From positions 620,001-684,000 of the forward strand of contig MCFH01000008.1 in NCBI GenBank assembly GCA_002104945.1: DNA of 64,000 nt, written 5' to 3'. The DNA is from Piromyces finnis finn. Taxonomy: Eukaryota; Fungi; Neocallimastigomycota. The notes under the pieces were generated by a model that worked only from the letters and a program-made list of their open reading frames with translations, was not told the origin of the DNA and did not search any database. Made by a program: the position numbers and the translations under genes. Below, piece by piece: positions 54,334-64,000 of the stretch; position 1 is the stretch's first letter; every line of letters starts with the position of its first letter.

Positions 54334-56280
54334 TTTATATTAGATATTAATTATTAATATTTCGAAAATTAAAGCTCAAAATAAAATTATTTTATTTCTT
54401 GTTAAACGTTATATATATATATTGCTATTATTGATGTTGTTTTATTTTTTTTTTTTTTTTTTTTGCTTTTGCTTTTGCTTTTGCTTTTGTTTTTGTTTTT
54501 TAAATAATATATTATTGATATTAATAATAATTTATTCTTGCTTTATTTTTATTTTGTTTTATTGTTTTTTTATTTTTTTAATATTAAATTGATTAATCGT
54601 TCAATTTGTTTTTCTTTTTCTTTTTTCTTTAAATGTATAATAAATATATAAATGCATTAAAATATTATATTTATTATATAATTTGTTAGTTAAAGGACTA
54701 TAAAAGCACCTCTTTTATTATTGTTATTGTTGCTGTTTGATTTTAATTTTTTATTATGTATAAACAAAAAACAATTAAATTTTGAAAGAATAAAAATTGT
54801 TATGTTGTATATCTATTTTTATTATTATTAAAGTATTCATTTTTTGATTAATTAATTTAATCAATTATATATTTTAATATATGAATGAACAATAAATGAT
54901 TTAATGTTTAATAAATATAAAAAATTAATTTTTATTAAATTACTTTTATTGGTATAATAGTTCTAAAAGTAAATTTTGAAATAATAATCTTATAGTCTTA
55001 TTTTTATCTCTTTTGCAATGATACTGATCCTATTTATACTATAATTATTATTCTACAATTTTATATAATTTCACTCTTTTTTTTGTCAAAATATATGAAT
55101 CCTTCAAAAGGTTTACATATAACTATGTAAATATCTAAATATATTCTAACCATCTTTTCTTTCATAAAAGTTTTAATTATTTACATTATTTCTATTCAAT
55201 TAAATTATAAATTTTATCACTTTGAAAATATAATTTCCAATTGTGTAATTAAATGTAATATTAAAAATTTCCGCATCATTTGTATTTTCTTAATTAATAA
55301 AATTAATAAAGAAATTCACTTCTAAATCTTACAAACCACTTTGTTGATAATAATTTTTTTTTAAATTTTACATAAACTATTTTTATCTAATACATTTTTC
55401 TTCTTTAAATTGAAATAATTTATTCTAATTAAATATCCTATTAAATTATTATATTTTAAATAACTTATTTAAAAGAAATTAAAGTTAAAATAATAAAAAT
55501 TCATCAAAGAATACATTTTTTATAAAAACTAATATATAATATTTCCCCTAAAATCATTAACGTCATAAATAGAATTCTAATGATACTCTTAAGTTTATCA
55601 TCCAGAAACAAAAAAAAAAATTCTATAAAAGAAATATTTAATAATTTAAATATTTTCTTAAAAATTTTACTATTTAAATATCAAAGAAGTATAATTTTAT
55701 TATTGAAAACCAATATTTTTTAATTAAATTTTTTATATGAAAGATTTTTAATTGAAAGAAATTATACTGAATCTGGCATATTGTTTCTAAAGTATTGACG
55801 CTTTCGATTGTTATTATAAACCTATTAAATATTGATAATTATTAGTTAGTAGCATATTTTTTTCATAATAATAAATATTTTAAGGTTCTATTATACTGAT
55901 TGATGTATTATAATGTCATAAAATATAATTTTTGTAAAATGTTTTGCATTGATAGTTAAAAAAAAAAAAAAAAAAAGGAAATATATTCGGTTACATTTTC
56001 TTTTAAAGCTCTTTTCCTAATTACTATTAAAATTTCTTTCCCCAAGAAGTAATTTAAATAATTAAATACATTAATACAATATATAAATATATAAATTTTA
56101 TAATAAGGAATAAAATTTACTTTTTTATTTATTTAATTTGTAGTTTTACATTATATTAGGTGATAATACACATTGATATAATAAACATTAAATAAAATAT
56201 AAGTATTTAAAAATATAAATATAAATATAAATATAAATATAAAATAAAATAATTATTAAAGTTGCATAAAAATTCAATGA

Positions 56281-56880
56281 ATACACCAGGGCAGTCAGGT
56301 GTAACTCTATCACTGGAAATTTTGGTAGTGCTTTCATAACCACATCAAATATGAATAATTCAGGTAATTCCTAAATTTAAGTGATAGAACGACGTGCATT
56401 AGGTGATTTGAATTAAGGAAATTTCTGTTAGTATATCTAAGAGCTTTATTTCCATTATTTAAGCTACTATTATTCCAATAATATTCCCTAATATCTTTAG
56501 TATTTTTAATATTTTTATTTTCTTAAGTATCTTATGTCGGGAACAAGATTCTTTGGCCCAAAAGTAATAAGACATGGGAGGAATAGATCGGACGAGATCT
56601 TTAATACTACAATTTGATTTTCTCTATTTAGCAAAGCATTTTACTCGTTGCGCAGCACAAATGCCTGAAAATGTCGTAATCTTCAAATCTCTTGTAAGAG
56701 TATACAGACTAATAAATGAATTTCGTTCAAAAACAAAATCATTGTTATTTAGACCTTCATTGTGAAAGCTGTATTGATTTGAAAGTTCTATTTTTGATAG
56801 AATCAAGTAATGGAACATAATTAGAGACTATACTTAAAATATAGGAATGAATGACTATATTTTTTAAACCAATAGGAACA
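56281..56880 (-). pseudogene. Decayed non-LTR retrotransposon (LINE) ORF2 3' fragment
   Basis: Reading across stops and frameshifts on the minus strand gives VPIGLKNIVIHSYILSIVSNYVPLLDSIKNRT / SLYTLTRDLKITTFSGICAAQRVKCFAK*RKSNCSIKDLVRSIPPMSYYFWAKES / KDIREYYWN / CGY...DCPG. These blocks resemble the post-RT region of LINE proteins as I recall them from gut fungi. G+C is locally raised. No RT catalytic core is present. Confidence 0.55.
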
Positions 56881-57531
56881 TAATTATTATTTTAAACTTT
56901 GAATATTAACATTATTATTTGAAATACTTGTATACTTAATATTTTTTTAACAGCAAATACTTTTATTCTTATAATAAAAAATATAAATATTTACTTTTTA
57001 TAATTTTTCTACTACAAAATCCTTTTAAAATAATACATATTTAAACCTTCAATTATAAAATACAAAATAAATATTTTAACTTAAAACCAACCAACATTAT
57101 TAAATAATTTCCTGTCTCTTGCTTTTTATTTTTATACACCTTATACTAAAACAATTTTTAAAGCAAACTAATAATTTATTAAAATTATATTATAAAAATA
57201 AATATAAATAAAATTGGAATACTGACAAATCTTTTTAATCATTTCAATTGAATTAATTTAATTATATATTAATATTCTTCTTTCCTTCGAATATTAAACT
57301 ACATCATAATGTGCTTTTGTTTATTTGTTCTTACATATCTACATAATTCTACTTCTATTTAAAAAATTATCCACAATAAGTTTTTGATAAAATTTGACAC
57401 TATTAACATAAAACTGATTCTTCATTTTAAATCAACTGTTTTTTTTTCATCAATCAATTTTCAAGTACCCGAAAATTGATATTTTTATTATATATTTCAT
57501 TTTTAACAATTTAATTCTTAATAAAAATGAT

Positions 57532-58286
57532 TTACTATAGTAATTAATTATTAAAATAATAAAATAAAATTAGAATTTTAAAAACATAATATTTTATTAT
57601 TAATTATATTGTACTTACTTGCTTGTTGGCAGCCTTACGTTCTAAGAGATCCTTTCTGTCCTTATCCATCTTTAACTTGGTGATCATAACCTTAGATGGG
57701 TGGATTGGGATTGGGACGGCAGCACCGTTGGTCTTTTCCTTGGTGACACGTTCAATGTGAATAATCCACTTCTTACGGTAGACAGTGACAACCTTTCCTT
57801 CACGACCCTTGAAGGCACCACGAACGATGGTAACTTCATCATCCTTACGGATTGGCATGGAACGAACCTTTATAATAAAAAAATATTTAATTAATTTTTG
57901 AATTTAATTTTCAACTATGCTTAAATATAAAACTTACATGGTGCTTTTCTCTTAATTCCTTGGAGAGGGAAGCGCTCATGATCTTACGGCGAATAGAAGA
58001 TGGAGCAGAGAAGTGAGCCTTACGGGACTTACTGCGTGAAGAAGAAACTATTTATTCATTAATAATATATTGTGCATAATTAGTAATAAGCATAATGATA
58101 ATACATTGTACAGTAAATAATAAACAAAGTTCATTTCAACATAATAACACACATATTTCGTAATTATTTTTAAACATACATTAACATAACACAAAAACTA
58201 TATTAAAACATTTGTAAAAACATTCATAAATATAAAAAAAAGTAATCATTCATTCATCAATCTTTACCGTCGTTAGAGAACTTCAT
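57532..58286 (-). CDS. RPL26: 60S ribosomal protein L26 (uL24), 3 coding exons plus a probable terminal exon holding only the stop codon
   Basis: [88 protein letters not shown]. Strong GTAAGT donor at 57618, acceptor TAG at 57535, then TAA at 57534-57532. If that intron is retained the ORF ends at 57604. Confidence 0.97.
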
Positions 58287-60391
58287 TTTTATCGAACAAA
58301 ATTAAATATATCGTCCTAGCAGTGTAAAAGGAGGAAAAAAGGAATTCACAAAAGGTAATTCAACTTTAACAGTATTCAGTAACAATATTTTTTGACCAAT
58401 AATGATTGATTATAAATTAGTATGATTGGATATTCGAAGCCCATATATTATAAGTATAATATTTTTATATATAATTTTATATATTAAATTTTTTAAAATT
58501 TTAAATAAAATTTTATAAATTATATAAGTTAACCCTTTGGATATATTAAATAACCAGAAAGAAAATATTAAATTATGAACTTTAATTCTAAAAATTACTA
58601 TAAAAGAGAAAATTTTTACTTCACAAAATTTATTGTTTAATATTTTTAAAATAAAAATATAATGTGTTAACTTTAAGTTAATTATATTATTTTGTTAGGT
58701 GTTAGAAATGGTTTTGATAATTAATATAATTAATATATATTATTTTAATAAAAGATATTTAACAATATTAGAATAAAATAAAATAATTATGTTTTTTTCA
58801 TATATATGTAAAACTTTTAAGTATTTTTTAATTCATTATATTATATATTATATATTATTGAAGATAAATATTATCTATACTTAATATTTTTACCTACAAT
58901 TTATGTTATTTAATAATTAAATAAAAATTACACATTGTTATTATAAATTACAATTAATCATCTCTTTTATATATATATCTACGTGTTAATGAATATAATT
59001 ACTTTATTCATTAACACTAGTTATTCATTATTCAATATATTTACATTTTGTAATAAAAAAAATTTTAAGCCATTAAATAAAAATAGCTTTATGATATATT
59101 TATAAATTAAAGCATTTTAACTGAATTTGTTCTTGCTTTTCATAAACTTTAATTTTAATAAAGAATTTGAAAATAAAACAATATGAAAATAATGTATGAA
59201 AAATTAATTTTAAAATATCAAAATATCAAAGTATATATTATTAATTTACTTTTATAAAATAAAATACTAACTGAAAAATAGTTTTAATTAAATAATATTG
59301 ATGATAATAAATAATAATAATAATAATTAATATAGTGTGTGTTTTCATTCTCAATGAAATAATACTTAATAAAAATAAAAAAAAAAATACTTTTTCTTCA
59401 TTTTATACATCTAATATTTAATCATATGAGTTACACTTAAAATATTTGTTTTGTTTTCAAAAGGTAAAACAAAATCTAAATTAAAATTTCCTTTTTTGTA
59501 AATATATGCATTTTATTTAAATACAAAAATTAGCATGAAAATAGAATAATTATAAAAATACTATAATATATTTATTATTATAAACATCCAAATAATCATA
59601 TAGGGGTTTAATAAATAAAATTAAAACCTTTTTAATTATATAAATAACTATTTAGTTTGAACCACAACAATCATAAGTCGATAAAATAACTAATATATGG
59701 ATAATTTATATTAATACTAATATATATAAATTAAAATTTGTATTGTACAATGCTAAATTAAAAATAGTATTTATTAAACTTTAATTATATTTGTATAGTA
59801 TATTATTATACCATACAATAATTTATATAATATTAAAATATAAATGACTATATAATAGAAAATATTAATATATATATTAAATGGCTTTATTATAATGAAA
59901 ATACTATAAATATAGTAAAATAACAATATTTTTTTTAAAAATAAAAGTGAAAAAAGATAAATTGAAATATTTTGAAATCAATAAAATTTAAAAGAAAGTA
60001 ATAATAATATAAAAAAAATAAAAAAAATAAAAAAATCATTTTTCACTTTTAATCAATAAAATTATTTATTTATTTAAAAAATAAGTAAAAAAAAAATTGA
60101 TAAATTATCTTGTAAATAATTTACAAAATTTCATATGCAAAATAAATAGGAATGATAATTAAATTTGGCTTTTAAAATTTACACCATGTTTTGTTTTGTT
60201 TTGTTTTTTAATATTAGAAATAATATTAAAACTATGAAATTATATAAATAAACATGTTTATTTTATCGTAATACATTAAATATATAATTTTTAATATGAA
60301 TTTTTAATTTTTTATATAATCATAAAAATTTCAAAATAATATTCACTAAGCCATAACTAGAAAAATAAAATAAAAATAAAGATTAAAAAAA

Positions 60392-61384
60392 ATGATTACA
60401 AATTACAATGCCCAAACAGCTGAAGAACATATAAAATCAGCTGAGAAATTAAAAAATAGTTGGTTTTATAGAAAGTAAGTATTCTTATAAATGGTATAAA
60501 GGGTTAATGTTTAAAAAAAATCTAATTTTTATAGAATGTAATATTGAATGTTTTTTATTTTTATAAAATAAAATTCAATTACAATTCTAAGTACAAAAAT
60601 TATGAAAGCTGGAGAGTTATACAAAAAAGCTGGTCTTATTTATAAACTTTCGAAAAAATGGATGGAAGCAGGCGATGCTTATTTCCAAGCAGCAAATTGT
60701 TTTAATAAACGAAATCCTATAGAAGCTATAACACTCTATATAGATTCTTCAAATTGTTATAGAGACTATAGTTCAAATGATGCTATTTATGCTTTACATA
60801 ATGCTATTGAATTATGTAAAGAAAACGGAAGATTTAGAACAGCAGCAAAACACCAAATAACTATAGGTGAAATATATGAATCAAATCTAAATGATATTCA
60901 AAATGCAATAAAATCTTATGAATTAGCAGTAGAATTGTTAAATAATGAAATGGATGAAACTAAACAATTGGAATGTTATATAAAATTAGGAGTTTTTTAT
61001 AGTGAATTAGAACAATACGAAAAAGCAATAGATATATTTTTAAAAGTTGCGAATATATCGAAAAAATTAAATAAGTCATGGTATCCTACGGACAAATATA
61101 TTTTAAATGCTGGACTTTGTCAACTAATACAAAACTTAAAAAATGATATACTTCCCAATAAACTTAAAAATATATTAAGATTTTGTCTAAAATTTAATGA
61201 AAATTTCAAGAATAGTAAAGAATATACATTTTTAAAAAAATTAATATTTTCAATTGAAAAAAAAGATCCAGAAAATTTTGTTCAAATACTTCAAGAATAT
61301 GATAAATATACACCATTTGAAACATGGAAATTAAAGCTATTACTTCAAATAAAACAATTTATAAGCATGAAAATAATTTGTTAG
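60392..61384 (+). CDS. Alpha-SNAP/Sec17-family protein, divergent, 2 exons (60392-60474, 60592-61384)
   Basis: AGELYKKAGLIYKLSKKWMEAGDAYFQAA...GRFRTAAKHQITIGEIYE...AIKSYELA...EQYEKAIDIF...KYILNAGLCQL. The phase-2 intron is in frame. Confidence 0.8.
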
Positions 61385-61909
61385 ATTTCTCATTAACAAT
61401 AATTAAATATAAAAAAAAATAATAATGTTAATTATACATAATACCATATAATACATATATAATATAATTTTAATTTAAATAATATAAGCAAAAAAAAAAA
61501 AAAAAAATGTTAATATATCAACATTCATTAATATAAATTCATAAAATCTTATATAATACCACATTATACATTAATATTAATCAATTGTAAATAATAATAT
61601 TCTTTAATATTATAAAAGCATATTACTTTTAATACATTAACTTTTTTTTAAAAAAGTATTAATATTATTACTTTTTATTGTAATTAAATACCATATGTTA
61701 TAAAAATTTTTTTCTAGTATTTTATATATATTTATAATATATTTATGTTATTATTTTTTATTAATGCTGCAAATATATTATAAATATATATGTTATTTTT
61801 TATTAATGCTGTAAATAAATGATAAATGATAAAAAACATAAATTATTTATTATATTTCACGTGTAATAGAATAAAATATTTAATATTTAATATAATATCA
61901 TAAAGCACT

Positions 61910-62441
61910 GTCGTTCCAGTTTTTATCCTGGTTGTTAAGGCGTTTCCTTAGCATACATAAGGCTTCTGGTTCGACCCCGCAGATGTCAGTGCCTGTGGAT
62001 TTTCCCACTGGGTTTGCCATGGGTTGGGTTATGATATTCAGGTAAGTATAAATGAACTTTCTAATTTACTACTATGATAATAACACTCGTCTAGCCGGCC
62101 TGAGAGGGTCTAGTGTACATGGTACATTCCAAATTAGAACTTAATAAGTGGTGACTTAGGCTATGCCAAAAACACATAATATTCCTTAATCAATTTAAGT
62201 GTAAACATTAGGGGGCGGTTGACACGTGATCAAATTGACTATAAGAGGCTTAGCATTGTAGTTGTGAAATATCGTACAACGACATGCATCTAATGTACAT
62301 GGATTAAGTGAGCGTCGAAGCTGAAGAAACAGTATGACAGACCAGGAGGGTCACAACCACCTAGCAATAGGAATGAGCCAACGTTTCTCTAAGAACCACC
62401 ATTGGAGCTAACTCTGATCGATGGGAGAAATGCACTCGGAA

Positions 62442-62489
<48 letters not shown>
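61910..62489 (+). mobile_element. SINE-like retroposon copy 2 (535-bp body 61910-62444 + 45-nt A-run)
   Basis: Flanked by the 13-bp direct repeat ATCATAAAGCACT (61897-61909, 62489-62501). tRNA-like head: TGGTTGTTAAGGCG, stem-loop CCTTA-7nt-TAAGG, B-box GGTTCGACCCC at 61968-61978. About 42% GC by hand count (223/535). Confidence 0.9.
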
Positions 62490-62494
<5 letters not shown>

Positions 62495-62635
62495 AAGCAC
62501 TAATTTTTCTACTTTTTTTTTTTTGTACAATTTAAAATTTAATTTTTTTAATTTATAAAAGTTTGAAATAATATCAAAGTTAATACTAAATATAAAAGAA
62601 GAAAAAGTTATAAATAGTTATTAAATAAGTGAATA

Positions 62636-64000
<1,365 letters not shown>

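Noticed and set aside
55000-55960. Possible second, older LINE remnant (short peptides such as FWMINLRV and KWFVRFRSEFL on the minus strand)
   Set aside because: The matches are too short and too interrupted to distinguish from noise.
57604-58050. GC-rich island suggesting foreign DNA
   Set aside because: These are RPL26 exons with optimal-codon bias and normal host introns.
61981-62444. U1 snRNA origin of the SINE (antisense ATACTTACCTG, AATGCACTCGGA, CCTGTGGATTTTCCCAC)
   Set aside because: The motifs lie on different strands or out of U1 order, and there is no U1-70K loop or Sm site. They are better explained as a splice donor plus chance matches.
42677-62501. The inverted 535-bp repeats as terminal inverted repeats of one ~20-kb transposon or a composite element
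   Set aside because: Each copy has its own distinct TSD and poly(A) tail, the enclosed genes are ordinary host genes, and there is no transposase.

Overview
This is an extremely AT-rich, intron-rich eukaryotic window. Flagellar genes, GT-AG introns, homopolymer-rich intergenic DNA and a Firmicutes-like enzyme point to an anaerobic gut fungus (Neocallimastigomycota; inferred, not proven). I can reconstruct 13 protein-coding genes: IFT172 (5'-truncated), a PAS-domain eIF2-alpha kinase with a C-terminal TM helix, an EML/HELP-WD40 protein, a very long MAK/ICK kinase, a GON4L/YY1AP1-like Myb protein, GDT1/TMEM165, an AreA-like GATA factor, a bacterial-type serine O-acetyltransferase (CysE) with one intron, TSR4/PDCD2, SRP receptor beta, RPL26, a divergent alpha-SNAP and CWC24 (3'-truncated). 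Two observations stand out. (1) Two near-identical, oppositely oriented ~535-bp, ~42% GC retroposons have a tRNA-like head, poly(A) tail and their own target-site duplications. This looks like a young SINE family, and a decayed LINE ORF2 fragment lies between the copies. (2) A FixL-like PAS / HRI-type eIF2-alpha kinase / coiled-coil / transmembrane fusion is a candidate ligand, redox or haem sensor coupled to translation control in a probable strict anaerobe. All exon structures were derived by hand from splice signals and reading-frame continuity, and all family calls are by motif recognition; no database searches were run.
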